From: Octopus bimaculoides | Lineage: Eukaryota | Length of the DNA: 64,000 bases | NCBI RefSeq assembly: GCF_001194135.2 | Contig: NC_069005.1 | Coordinates: 11,468,913-11,532,912 of the forward strand | Direction: 5' to 3' | Part shown: positions 1-12,619 of the stretch, in pieces | Numbering within the stretch: the stretch's first letter is position 1 | Layout: the number at the start of each line of letters is the position of its first letter | Notes under the pieces: generated by a model | What the model was told of the DNA's origin: nothing | The model's database searches: none | The model's input: only the letters and a program-made list of their open reading frames with translations | Made by a program: the position numbers and the translations under genes

Positions 1-311
1 ATATATATATATATACGTGTGTGTGTGTTTGCATGCATGTATACGGTGTGAGTCAATGAGAGAGGTTCTACGTGATTAGTTGATTTGAAATGCTAACCAT
101 ATCTTATCTTCCACGGTTCACTCCTTACAAGGCTTAAATAACAATGAAGTCTGTGATTTATTCCTAAAACAGAAAATAACTTTGATGTTATATTCATTTG
201 ATATTCACTTTTTATAATAAACCATCTTGCTGAGTACCCAGTTCAGACTACGACAGAAAAAATCTTGCGTTTAATTTTACAAGAGACCAATCTTTTTTGT
301 CTTTATTGTAG

Positions 312-411
312 GTTATGGTCTCAGCTTATTCCTCTAGGTTATTCCTGTTCCAGAACATTTGCGGAATCATTCAAAAAATGGGTCGAAGAAAAGGGAAAAG
401 TGCTATATTGA
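312..411 (+). CDS. Terminal exon of stanniocalcin-like secreted protein, paralog A (upstream exons outside window)
   Basis: Acceptor ccaatcttttttgtctttattgtag|G (phase 2), then LWSQLIPLGYSCSRTFAESFKKWVEEKGKVLY*. Homologous to 18646-18742. Intron phase and position and W-x9-C spacing match vertebrate STC exon 4 (R|YYNRLVRSLLEC, recalled). Confidence 0.8.
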
Positions 412-535
412 AATAACAAGGATCTGTGTATTTCGTTTCTGGAATAAAAATGAAGTTCAATGTTTGCTTAATGTTTCTAATATTTGATTTCGTATACTGA
501 ACCGTGTCACCAAATAGTAGTAGTAGTAGTAGTAG
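412..535 (+). other. 3'UTR of paralog A with AATAAA (443-448), ending in (TAG)n
   Basis: Follows the stop codon; near-identical to 18743-18870. Confidence 0.7.
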
Positions 536-1489
536 AGATCGNNNNNNNNNNNNNNNNNNNNNNNNNNNNNNNNNNNNNNNNNNNNNNNNNNNNNNNNNNN
601 NNNNNNNNNNNNNNNNNNNNNNNNNNNNNNNNNNNNNNNNNNNNNNNNNNNNNNNNNNNNNNNNNNNNNNNNNNNNNNNNNNNNNNNNNNNNNNNNNNNN
701 NNNNNNNNNNNNNNNNNNNNNNNNNNNNNNNNNNNNNNNNNNNNNNNNNNNNNNNNNNNNNNNNNNNNNNNNNNNNNNNNNNNNNNNNNNNNNNNNNNNN
801 NNNNNNNNNNNNNNNNNNNNNNNNNNNNNNNNNNNNNNNNNNNNNNNNNNNNNNNNNNNNNNNNNNNNNNNNNNNNNNNNNNNNNNNNNNNNNNNNNNNN
901 NNNNNNNNNNNNNNNNNNNNNNNNNNNNNNNNNNNNNNNNNNNNNNNNNNNNNNNNNNNNNNNNNNNNNNNNNNNNNNNNNNNNNNNNNNNNNNNNNNNN
1001 NNNNNNNNNNNNNNNNNNNNNNNNNNNNNNNNNNNNNNNNNNNNNNNNNNNNNNNNNNNNNNNNNNNNNNNNNNNNNNNNNNNNNNNNNNNNNNNNNNNN
1101 NNNNNNNNNNNNNNNNNNNNNNNNNNNNNNNNNNNNNNNNNNNNNNNNNNNNNNNNNNNNNNNNNNNNNNNNNNNNNNNNNNNNNNNNNNNNNNNNNNNN
1201 NNNNNNNNNNNNNNNNNNNNNNNNNNNNNNNNNNNNNNNNNNNNNNNNNNNNNNNNNNNNNNNNNNNNNNNNNNNNNNNNNNNNNNNNNNNNNNNNNNNN
1301 NNNNNNNNNNNNNNNNNNNNNNNNNNNNNNNNNNNNNNNNNNNNNNNNNNNNNNNNNNNNNNNNNNNNNNNNNNNNNNNNNNNNNNNNNNNNNNNNNNNN
1401 NNNNNNNNNNNNNNNNNNNNNNNNNNNNNNNNNNNNNNNNCGGCTCTGCCGGCTTACAACATAATAATAATAATAATAACAACAACAAC

Positions 1490-1660
1490 AACGTTGAAGA
1501 ATACCTTAGGAATGAGAACCCAGGTTCGAAATTTCCCTAAGACACCTGATGAAGGCTGGAGTGTATATCAGCCGAAACGTTGTGTTAATAACAAACAAGA
1601 TGAGGACAAATATCTGTCAAATGTAAATAATATAATTATTTATCAGTATAAATATTTTCC
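1490..1660 (+). mobile_element. Penelope-like element terminal-repeat fragment
   Basis: Contains CTGATGA...CCGAAACG hammerhead motif typical of Penelope-like LTRs; follows (AAT/AAC)n. Confidence 0.55.
1541..1586 (+). ncRNA. Minimal type I hammerhead ribozyme motif
   Basis: Stem I (g)ACAC/GUGU(u), core CUGAUGA plus extra A, stem II GGCUG/CAGCC, GAAA, palindromic ACGU stem III, cleavage triplet GUU. Confidence 0.6.
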
Positions 1661-2059
1661 TAAATGGAGTTAACATGCTCGCTACTTGATAGAATCATTA
1701 AATGGGTGTCTCCTCCATTAATTTATTAATCGATTGATTAATTATATGTAAATATATACATAAAAGAGTAGTATAAAACAAGAATCCAGAGAATCGTGTG
1801 GCTATTACAGTAATCTCCTACGAACTCAGCTTTCGGTTCACATAGTACTTAATTACAAATTAAAGTAATTATGCCAGTACAACTTAAAATGTAGAAGATA
1901 CGAGCTATGAATTATTCGACGAAGAACATATAAGAGTTATGGGAGTTGAACGTAGATTTGCTTAACAATATGAAATCCATACGATTACAACCGCTTCACA
2001 ACTTTCTTCTGTTGTATTAATCTCAGAGTGCAGGACTTTATATGTACAAGTTAGCATTA

Positions 2060-2160
2060 GTATTGGTTTCAAATATTGCCACAAGGCTAGAAATTTCGGG
2101 GAGCGGGGGTAAGCTGATTAGATCGTCCCCGGTGCTAAACTGATACTTTTTTTATAGACC
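2060..2160 (-). mobile_element. Fragment of the abundant tRNA-derived SINE (family 1)
   Basis: Matches 3' part of the ~210-bp unit seen at 49415-49624. Confidence 0.6.
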
Positions 2161-2311
2161 ACAGGGAAATAATTACAAGGTAGCTAAATGTTGCCTAAGT
2201 GTCCCAGCATTTAATTCCGGGATAGTAAGTCGTATTCATTTTTTTAAAAATAGGAAAATTGATCAATGAGACGAACGCTCGGGATGCTGCTTAACCATTT
2301 ATATTTTGAAG

Positions 2312-2398
2312 TCTTTTACATATGTTTCGACGGATGCACTCCACAAATGTCCGACAGGATAAATTATGGTCAACAATGCATCGATCTCATCAGGAAGG
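2312..2398 (-). ncRNA. Degenerate hammerhead ribozyme motif (Penelope-type)
   Basis: Minus strand: CUGAUGA-GAUCGAUGCA...UGCAUCCGUC-GAAAC-AUAU-GUA; stem I imperfect. Confidence 0.45.
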
Positions 2399-2889
2399 AT
2401 ATAAATAACCAACTTATCAAACAGACATGTTAACAGAAATAGAAAGTCCTATAAAACGTGACGTATTTATATTCATATACACACATGCGTACACACACTC
2501 AAATATGTGACATGTAAACAGAAACATTACATACATATAAAAACACAAACGTATATAAACGCATATGCATGCGCACGCATTAATATACATACCCATACAC
2601 ATAAACATACACATATATATACATATATACATACATATATATATATATTTACATATTATATATATCATATGTAAACATATGCATAATCATATGAATATAC
2701 ATACACTCAAGTACACATACATATATATTTTCAAATACATAGGCAGAAATATATTCACACACATATGCATATATATCTACACATATACTCGAACATATTC
2801 TCGCGGCAACGACATATAAATATACTTATGCTAAAATATGCATTTATGATCACATCCTTATTCACATAAGGAAATGGTCATTTACATAC

Positions 2890-4000
2890 ATATGTATGTT
2901 CATATCCCAAAACATCGATAGACCTTAATACATAATTGCATACTTATACACACACTTAAGCACATATACATTATTGTTCATTAAAAAAATATTTACATAC
3001 GAACAGGGGCCTCTAGGAATTTAAAATGACGTTATCCAAACAAACTAAATATTGTGAGAGAAGGAGAAGATGTGTAGAAAGGTAGGGAGCGGGAAAGAAT
3101 GGAATGATAAAACAAAGTAAAAGAGAGAGTGTGGGGGAGAGGAAGGGCAAATTGTAAATATAAAATATGCATGGAAAGAAGGGAAAGAAGGGGAGAGGGG
3201 GAAAATTATGGGAAGTAAGATGGAAGGAAAAATAAAAGAAATTTTCAGAGATTATTATGTTATGCGAAGAAATTATTTGAAAGAACAAAACAAGTGTTTA
3301 TTCAAAGAATACATTTGGAAGCTCACTCTCACTCTCATAAGCATATATAACTACACTACTTCAAATAAACAGATACACATATATGATTTAATAGACGTTT
3401 ACGATCTCCCACTTATAGATATAAGCAAACGTTCACACACATACTGAAGAGAACATATATCCCAAAACATCGACAGACACAAACACACTATAATAAACCC
3501 ATACACATACTTACTAAGCACATATACATTATTGTACACACCGAAAATATACATACGCACGATAGCAAAAACGGGTATATATGCATATATATAAATATGC
3601 ATATATATATATATATATGCATATATATATATATATATATATATATACGTATATGGAAAGCCAGGTAGTAAGGTAACTCTAGAAATCTAAAATGGTTTTA
3701 AGGAAATTAATTAGATTGAATGAGAAAAGGAGTAAACGAATAGAAAGATATGGAAATAAACGAAGAAGAAAGAGTGAATAGGAACAGGTGAATTGTATAC
3801 ATGAAAATGATAAAAAGAAAAGTAAAGAAGGGAGAGTTAAGGTTATGGAAAGTAAGGTGGAAGAATAAAGAAAGGAAAATTTGATATTATTTATTAAGAA
3901 TAAAGAAAATAAAATGATATTATTAGATTATGGGTGGATATTCTTTGGAAGAACTAACAGTGTTTCTTTCTAATGAATACATTTGTAAACTCTCTCTGTA
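2890..4000. repeat. Diverged tandem duplication (~0.6 kb unit) upstream of paralog B
   Basis: Shared blocks: atatcccaaaacatcga (~2900/~3455), taagcacatatacattattgt, ctctag(g/a)aat(t/c)taaaatg (3011/3677), gaagggagag, gaatacatttg. Confidence 0.65.
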
Positions 4001-4580
4001 AATGTGTCCACCAATTTAAGCTGAGAGAATAAAATACTGCTCTTCCGTGCACAAAGGACTGAATGATTTCTCTTTATCATAAAGAAAAGATCTAGAAAGG
4101 ATTTTCCATCCTAAAGAAAAAGATGCATTAGAGGCATTGAAGTCTCAGATTAGTTTACTGAGTCCCGTAGAGTTCTGCTTACGATTGTATTTAAAGGTAG
4201 AGGAGTGGTTAGCCAGAAGTAGACCACACACACACACACACACACATACACTTTGAATTTAAAAACAGCTGAATGTCAGTTGATGCTTTCACGATTTTTC
4301 TCCATCCCCTTCCTTTCTATCGCTGTCTGTCTATCTTTCTCTTAATTTCTCTCTCTCTCTCTCTCTCTCTTACCCTTCCAGAGTAGTGTGTATGTGTATG
4401 TAGAAGCAGACGACACACGCAAACACATACACACATGCACACACACACACACACTCATCCGAAATACTAACCAGTTGACGTCAGCTATAGCGAACGATAA
4501 AAACAATATATTGAAGAAAGAAGACATTGACAGCAGTGCATTATATTGGCATTTAAGTGGACAGAAAGAGAAAGGAAAAC

Positions 4581-4797
4581 ATGTGGAAGTACTTCATAGC
4601 TCTTTTGATATTATCGCTGTTTAAAATCGACGATGTTGCCAATCAAGACAATTTACCAAAGCCAGGCACTAAACCAGATAAAGGTAAACCAGATGACAGT
4701 AAACCAGATGAAGGTAAACCAGACAAAGCTTCTAATTTAAATGCAGCTGATCCAAGCAATCCAAGGCATCCACCAGGTCCTATTTCAACGTCAATTG
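4581..4797 (+). CDS. Exon 1 of stanniocalcin-like paralog B: signal peptide plus K-P-D repeat region
   Basis: ATG MWKYFIALLILSLFKIDDVANQ (hydrophobic signal), then KPGTKPDKGKPDDSKPDEGKPDKAS...PISTSI; donor ATTG|GTTAGT, phase 1, matches exon 2 acceptor phase. Confidence 0.8.
4671..4731 (+). repeat. Coding 15-bp tandem repeat (AAACCAGATRAAGGT-like x4) encoding KPDxx
   Basis: aaaccagataaaggt aaaccagatgacagt aaaccagatgaaggt aaaccagacaaagct. Confidence 0.85.
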
Positions 4798-6374
4798 GTT
4801 AGTTCCTTGATGTGTTGGAATGTGTGGGAATTTTTTTTTTATTAACCATTTTACTCTTTTAACTACAGAAATCAGACATGTTTACTCAGAATATTATCAT
4901 CCTTAACTGCGAGTGGCAGATTTATGTATCAATTTATCTCTTGCTTGAAGAATGTCATGGCTGAAGCTATTTTTCTCAAGTTTATCACGGCGATGTGATT
5001 TGCAGAAATACTCACCATTTTGAACAGCATTGTTGCAATCAGTGGTTGACGTATCTCATGTATCAAGCATTCAAACATCTTCATTCATGAATCCAGTTCA
5101 TAATTATCTTAGCAGAGCAAAGAGAATTACATAGTGCTATAAACGAGAAAGGGTTTGTTTCATTATAGAGATATAGCATTGCAACACTTGCGCCTTCTTT
5201 CATATTAATATGCCATTTATTAACACCATTCAGAAGTTTGAGTCTTCGCCTCTGCTGACTGTGTTGCATTGTCACTGCCTTTATTCTTTGTCATAGATCA
5301 CCGAATGTGTATTCATGACTAATGTTCTCGCATTGATGACTTTTAATCGCTGTTTTATAGAAACACAACGGTAACTTGGTTATCCCCTACATTACAGCCA
5401 TTTCTCCAATGAATTACAGTAATGTGATTTAAATATACTTAAAATATGTGACGATTCTGTTCTGATGACAATTGGTGCTGTCTTTTCAGTCCCAATGTTT
5501 ACGATTATCAGATGCTGAAGTCCATCGTGCATCAGAAGGAGGAAATCTCGCAGCCTGGCTGCTTTCATTCATCAAAGATTTCTCCCCACAAGATCTCCCA
5601 CAAGATCTCGCGTTTCGCATTTCTACTGATTTCCTTAAACCTCTGCCTTCCTACCGCTTGTTGTTTCTCTTCATTTGGTCCAGCTGTTCAGATCTTTATA
5701 TCTCAATTGCCCATGCTATTCTGACACGTCATTGCCTTGTTTTTATCGGTCCTTGTGCAACCCTATATTCTACTTATATATTGTCGTCTAATCAATTCAA
5801 AATTCTTCAGGCGATATGATATGAATAGTCATTTAACCACAAACAAAAAGGACAAAATTCCGCTTAATCGAAACTTATAAAGGAAAAAACAAATACGTAC
5901 AAATTCTCGTTCATGAAGAAATGTTAGCTAATTAGCAGTAATAGAGTGCTTGACTTTACGGAAAATTTGATGCTAAGTATTTTAATTAGGTCCCATAATC
6001 CATTGTTCCAGCTATTTGGTACATAAATGCACAACACAGAGTGCTCGACACTGTGGACGAATCAAAATCTTTTTTTTTTTTTACAAGAGATCTCTTCAAA
6101 TATATAGTGGAAAACAAGACTATATATACAGCCAGCGTCCACTAAATTCAAACATGGCAGATGCATGTGCAAGCGTCGAAGACGGAGGTTGTTTACTAAC
6201 GGAGACAGCAACTGAATACCACCTGAGGGAATACACCTATATCCCATTATACAGCTAAATTTTTGCATAATCAAATACTTGTATATATGAAGAACTAGGA
6301 TGAATAGAAACATTTCTCGTGATTAAAAACCAACTGTTCAACCTTATTCCTTCCTGTTGACTCTTCCTGATTCA

Positions 6375-6411
<37 letters not shown>

Positions 6412-6414
6412 GTT

Positions 6415-7447
6415 TTTCGCAAATAGAGTTACCATTTTTCAATCAGTTTTTTGAATGTTATGATTTTTTTCCTTTTGGCATATGGTAGCCGTTACTTTTT
6501 GCTTCCTTTAGAAGTAAATTACGCGTAGTTTTGTTTACAGCTGTTAGTTCTGTGTCAATTTTAATATGGAGTGCAAAAACGATCATTTTTGCCATATTTT
6601 GCTTTTTTCATTTCCGGAAAGGCAAGAAAGCTGCTGAAGCTCACAAAGAGATAAGAGAACTTTATGTCTCTGATTGCTTAACAGAACGTACATATCAGAA
6701 ATGGTTTTCAGAATTCCGCTCTGGAGATTTTTCACTCAAAGATGATAACGTTCTGTTCGACATACTGAAGTTGATGACGACCGAATGAAAGCCATAGTTA
6801 AAACTTATTGTCATATAATCGTGCGAGAGATTGCGGAGTGGTTAAATGTATCACATACAATCAATTGAAAATCACTTAAAATTTCTTGGACTCGTTAAGA
6901 AGATCGATATTTGATTTCCAAATAAATTGAAAGAGATTCACTTAACACAACAAATCAATATTTGTGATATGTATCTCAAACGCAATGAAATCGATTTTTT
7001 TGAAACGAATCATCGCTGGTGAGGAACAATGGATTTTCTATAATAACATCAATCGAAAACGATCATGGACCAAGCGTAATGAACCAGCACAAACCACATC
7101 GAAAGCTGAATTGCATCAAAAAAAGGTCATGCTGTCATTTGGTGGGATTACAAAGGTGTTGTGTATTTTTGAGCTGCTTCCAAGGAACCAAACAATCAAT
7201 TCAGATGCTTACTGGCAACAACTAATGAAACGAGAGGAAGTAATCAAAGAAAAACGGCCAGAATTGGCAAATCGTAAAGGAATCGTGTTCCACCATGACA
7301 ACGCTAGACCACACACGTCTTAGCTAACTCGTGAAAAATTATCGGAGTTTGGTTGGGAAGTGATGTAACATCCACCATATAGCCATGATCTTGCACCATC
7401 AGATTACCATTTATTTGGAAGTTTGCAAAATACTTTGAATGGTAAAG
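6415..7447 (+). mobile_element. mariner (DD34D-type) transposase pseudogene, truncated by gap
   Basis: EQWIFYNNINRKRSW, KKVMLS, VFHHDNARPHTS, HPPYSHDLAPSDYHLF motifs with frameshifts and stops. Confidence 0.9.
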
Positions 7448-8609
7448 NNNNNNNNNNNNNNNNNNNNNNNNNNNNNNNNNNNNNNNNNNNNNNNNNNNNN
7501 NNNNNNNNNNNNNNNNNNNNNNNNNNNNNNNNNNNNNNNNNNNNNNNNNNNNNNNNNNNNNNNNNNNNNNNNNNNNNNNNNNNNNNNNNNNNNNNNNNNN
7601 NNNNNNNNNNNNNNNNNNNNNNNNNNNNNNNNNNNNNNNNNNNNNNNNNNNNNNNNNNNNNNNNNNNNNNNNNNNNNNNNNNNNNNNNNNNNNNNNNNNN
7701 NNNNNNNNNNNNNNNNNNNNNNNNNNNNNNNNNNNNNNNNNNNNNNNNNNNNNNNNNNNNNNNNNNNNNNNNNNNNNNNNNNNNNNNNNNNNNNNNNNNN
7801 NNNNNNNNNNNNNNNNNNNNNNNNNNNNNNNNNNNNNNNNNNNNNNNNNNNNNNNNNNNNNNNNNNNNNNNNNNNNNNNNNNNNNNNNNNNNNNNNNNNN
7901 NNNNNNNNNNNNNNNNNNNNNNNNNNNNNNNNNNNNNNNNNNNNNNNNNNNNNNNNNNNNNNNNNNNNNNNNNNNNNNNNNNNNNNNNNNNNNNNNNNNN
8001 NTATATATATATATATATATATATATAATGATTGCTTCATTTTGACAGATGATAGCCGTCCCATCAACACACTCACCACACCCTCTCAGAAACATTCCGT
8101 TGCTGAGCCCTCAGATCACTTAAGACCAGCTACTGACTGATGGTGTTTGAAATACAAGTGACAGATATTTAAAACACAACTGACAGATGTAGAAGTTTCT
8201 TCTACATCTTTACCGGTTGGAATCTGATTCTGAAAGATTCTTTTTGTGAATTAGCATATGTCTTTTAAAACCAGATATTGTCTTTGCAAATTTTGTGACA
8301 TATGACACAAAGTCGTAAGAGACGGTTATGGTTCAAAACGTTTACCTACTTGGGCATTTTAATTCATGTGACGTCAGATGATTCACATATCCTGCTTTTG
8401 ACATCAGAACACCACTACCAACACTACCAACAACAGCAACAATAGCAGCATCAGCAGTATCAGCAGCAAAAGCAACATTATCAACAATAAAAAAACGATA
8501 CATAACAAAGTCCATAACAATAACAATAACAACATCTGCAGTGACATCTACAACAACAACGGCCATAATCACACATTTACTAAGAGCTTTTTGTTTCTCT
8601 ATTTCTTAG

Positions 8610-8758
8610 GTTCTCAACAACGAGTAGCTGAATGCTATTCTCTTGTTCGAAAGTTGGACTGCAAATTCTACACATGTTTGAGTGAGAGATTAATTTGCCC
8701 TCAAACACTATTAGCGAAGGAAAAGCCTAATGTTTATTGTAAAGGACCCGATGAAAAG
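8610..8758 (+). CDS. Exon 2 of stanniocalcin-like paralog B (Cys-rich)
   Basis: Acceptor ttgtttctctatttcttag|GT (phase 1): GSQQRVAECYSLVRKLDCKFYTCLSERLICPQTLLAKEKPNVYCKGPDEK|GTAAAA (phase 0). C-x8-C-x4-C-L spacing as in STC1 CLNSALQVGCGAFACL; 149 nt versus ~143 nt recalled for STC exon 2. Confidence 0.85.
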
Positions 8759-8850
8759 GTAAAATGATTTTTTATGCTTTTTATGGTGTGGCAATTTAAA
8801 GTTCTGATTGAATGAGCGAAGAAATAGAATGACAGAATGAGTAAAACAAG

Positions 8851-8910
<60 letters not shown>

Positions 8911-9438
8911 TAAAAGATACGAGTTTTCATCAGGGTGACTTAAATTAATAGATATGCACTCTGAGTGCTCAATTTGGTGTGTCATCAAAATTCCAGTTTG
9001 AACTGCTGTTGAACATGCGATTTTGTTACTGCCTTGCTGAAACGGCTAGAATTTATTATTAATTATTGATAATATTTTCGGGATAATTTTCGAATTGAAA
9101 CGCCGGCAGTTTTTATTTACTGCTGACAAGGAGAAGCGCTTGCGTGGTAGATTTGAAAAATTAGAATGTATAAGCACGGGCGTATACTGGATTTCCTCGT
9201 GTATATATGTTTAATGTAGGTGTATCTGCTGAAGAAGACTTCGCCTAGCAAATTATTTTATTTGCTAAAGTAAGTCTGAAACCATGGTCCAGGAGTTAGA
9301 TGGTAAATGTTTTTATTTTTCATTCCTATCGACGTTTTATCCCTAATAGTGGTTTGAAACATAGCTGTTCTTTCTAGCGTGCAAGGAATCCTATGATGGA
9401 TCCCTCTTATATGTTTAAATGTACACTGTATTTATATG

Positions 9439-9509
<71 letters not shown>

Positions 9510-9635
9510 TAGATCCACATATCTTCATAATATTGTTTCATTAGGTCAATGCTGATGAACTAGACTACAACATGGCGTTGTTGAAGAGTTACAATTTTGA
9601 GCAGATGCATATTAAACCAACAATATTTTCAAACC

Positions 9636-10018
9636 GTGGAGGCGCAATGGTCCAGTGGTTAGGGCAGCGGACTCGCGGTCATAGGATCGCGGTTTCGATT
9701 CGCAGACCGGGCGTTGTGAGTGTTTATTGAGCGAAAACATCTAAAGCTCCACGAGGCTCCGGCAGAGGTTAGTGGCGAACCCTGCTGTACTCTTTCACCA
9801 CAACCTTCTCTCTCTCTTTCTTCCTGTTTCTGTTGTACCTGTATTTCAAAGGGTCAGCTTTGTCACGTTGAATATCCCCGAGGTCTACATTAATGGTACA
9901 CATGTCTGTGGAGTGCTCAGCCACTTGCACGTTAATTTCACGAGCAGGCTGTTCCGTTGATCGAATCAACTGGAACCCTCGACGTCGTAAGCGACGGAGT
10001 GCCAACAACAACAACAAT
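9636..10018 (+). mobile_element. tRNA-derived SINE (family 2) with (ACA)n tail
   Basis: A/B-box head ggcgcaatggtccagtggttag...ggtttcgattc; body shared with 31070-31375, 42130-42400 and 52751-53050; ends gccaacaacaacaac. Confidence 0.8.
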
Positions 10019-10304
10019 TTTAAAACCATATAAATCTATATAAAAAATATAAATGTACATAAAAATACATGCGTATATAAATGTATATAAAAATGTATGC
10101 GCAATTGAGTATAAATATTATTAAAGTCTAAACATTAAAAAGCATCTGACGATGGTTTCACGGACATTACTGCCTCCACAATGTAATCAAAATAGATAAG
10201 CATACTGGCAATAATTCCACTCTTCGGAGATGCATGGAGTTATTATATACGTGTTAAAAACGAATGGTATATATAATAAGATGATATTAATTAAAATATT
10301 AAAA

Positions 10305-10874
10305 TGTATACTGTGTATACTGGGGAAAAGGTTCTTCTCTCTATCTGGTGGGATTGCAAAGGAGTAATTCACTTTCAATTGTTACCACCTAATGCAACAA
10401 TCAATGCTCAAGTCTACTGTCAGCAATTAGAGCGTTTGAACCAAGCTTTGAAGAAAAAAAAGGCTTGCTTTAGTGAATCGAAAAGGAGTGATGTTTCATC
10501 AGGACAATGCGCGAGCCCACACTGCAAAGATCACATCACAGAACATCGAAGAGCTTGGTTGGCACAAAATTCCTCATCCACCTTATTCTCCCGACATTGC
10601 TCTTTCAGACTACCATTTGTTTCATAGTTTACAAGATCATTTGGGGGACATAACTTTCGCAAGCTAGGAGGAGGTCGAAACCAACATTTAAGAGTTCTTC
10701 GCCTTGAAACCAAAAGAGTTTTACATTGATGGAATTAAAAAGCTTGTAAATAGATGGAAGGAAATCATAGATAATCAAGGAAAGTACATTGATGATTAAA
10801 TTTCAATTACATATAACATCTGATCACTTGTTTTCTTTATTCAAAATTCGGACAAAACTTACGAGATGACCTGA
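10305..10874 (+). mobile_element. mariner 3' half with right TIR
   Basis: WWDCKGVIHF, FHQDNARAHT, HPPYSPDIALSDYHLF; ends ...acgagatgacctga|TA. Confidence 0.9.
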
Positions 10875-11176
10875 TATTTGGTCGATAAAATAAACTGCAC
10901 TTCAAATACTATAGTTGATGGCATTGATTAACGCTCTACCACAAGATTATTGGTCTTGTGTCTAAGTTGGAAGTCATTCTAACAATTAATAACCTTTTTA
11001 TTTTTTTATTTTTTAACCTCCTACCAACTTGCCCAAATCAGCCAATCTGCCAAAGGGTTTAATCTGATTTCTTATGCAATTTCTGAAAAACAATTTTGTA
11101 ATCTTCAATTATTGTAATCGATGAAAAAATATTCGATGTAAATTGGGTTAATAGATTCATTATTATTATTAATTAT

Positions 11177-11213
<37 letters not shown>

Positions 11214-12360
11214 GCGCGCGCACGCACACACACACNNNNNNNNNNNNNNNNNNNNNNNNNNNNNNNNNNNNNNNNNNNNNNNNNNNNNNNNNNNNNNNNN
11301 NNNNNNNNNNNNNNNNNNNNNNNNNNNNNNNNNNNNNNNNNNNNNNNNNNNNNNNNNNNNNNNNNNNNNNNNNNNNNNNNNNNNNNNNNNNNNNNNNNNN
11401 NNNNNNNNNNNNNNNNNNNNNNNNNNNNNNNNNNNNNNNNNNNNNNNNNNNNNNNNNNNNNNNNNNNNNNNNNNNNNNNNNNNNNNNNNNNNNNNNNNNN
11501 NNNNNNNNNNNNNNNNNNNNNNNNNNNNNNNNNNNNNNNNNNNNNNNNNNNNNNNNNNNNNNNNNNNNNNNNNNNNNNNNNNNNNNNNNNNNNNNNNNNN
11601 NNNNNNNNNNNNNNNNNNNNNNNNNNNNNNNNNNNNNNNNNNNNNNNNNNNNNNNNNNNNNNNNNNNNNNNNNNNNNNNNNNNNNNNNNNNNNNNNNNNN
11701 NNNNNNNNNNNNNNNTTGTTATTGTTATTGGCGTTATGTCACTCCAGTCCAGCTGTGATCAAACAAACACCTTTATGGCGTTCGAGTAGTCGATTGGACG
11801 ACATGTCTTGACAAATAGTTAAATTGTTTCGGATATCTAGATGGATATTTAATTCGATGACACACAATAAAGCACCACCTTCCACATGCAGTGACCCGAT
11901 GAATCGTTGTTCGGCAATTTGTGCTCGTTAGTGTCCAGATGTTTCCCTGTACACTCGCAGATTCTGTACACTTGCAGATGTCCACAACAGTGTCAGGTGA
12001 GACGAGACAGATTTGGTCAGAATGTCGAAACTGACAAGTGCAAGGTAGTTTTTACATCGATGTTACTTCCGCTTGATTACAAACGAAATTTAAGACATTA
12101 TCATCGTAAGTTCTCCGTAAAACAAACGATGCTGAGTTAATCTTTATAAACATTTTACTAATTATTATCAACATATTACTAAATTAATAAGTATACTAAT
12201 GATAATAATTGCATGCGTTTAAAACATGTCAATTGTAATTATTGGCTTATATTAAAAAAGAAGGCATTTACTGGAGGCTATACCGCGCTTTCAAACTCCA
12301 CTCCACAAGCTGATGGCAACCTGATGTGATTTGCGAATAATCTTACCATAGTAAAATGTA

Positions 12361-12584
12361 CGGAATATGAGACAACTGAAAAGTTCCTGGATTTAAGTGT
12401 ATCGCGAAAGACCTAGTTGGAAGCCCAACCTTCCGAGTTCTTTTACATAAGTTAGAAAAACTGAAGGACTGCTGCAGTAAGTGTGTGAATGTGAGAGGAG
12501 AAAATGTAGTATAAAATCATAATTAACTGATCCTCCAGTATTTTCTTTTACCCGAAAGCCAGGAACTTCTCAGTATCCCACCGT
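12361..12584. mobile_element. mariner-derived MITE-like element
   Basis: Terminal inverted sequences actgaaaagttcctgg ... ccaggaacttctcagt. Confidence 0.6.
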
Positions 12585-12619
12585 GTGTATGTATATATAT
12601 ATATATATGTATATATAGT

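Noticed and set aside
4900-5820. GC-richer intronic sequence with short ORFs on both strands
   Set aside because: No recognisable motif or consistent splice pattern; probably an old transposon remnant.
8925-9065. ICTLSAQFGVSSKF...FCYCL resembling STC1 CIANGVTSK
   Set aside because: In-frame stops right after the acceptor and no suitable donor; probably coincidence.
9220-9269. Phase 0-to-2 mini exon VYLLKKTSPSKLFYLL(K)|GTAAGT as STC exon 3
   Set aside because: The phases fit, but it is only ~50 nt with no Cys, so it cannot supply the conserved disulfides; it could only make a truncated isoform.
9545-9635. Acceptor followed by open frame VNADELDYNMALLKSYNF
   Set aside because: No donor before it runs into a SINE; no Cys.
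11961-12105. Cys-containing open frame ILYTCRCPQQCQVRRDRFG...RHYH as STC exon 3
   Set aside because: Phase 0 to 0 or 0 to 1 rather than 0 to 2, and the Cys spacing does not fit the STC exon 3 pattern.
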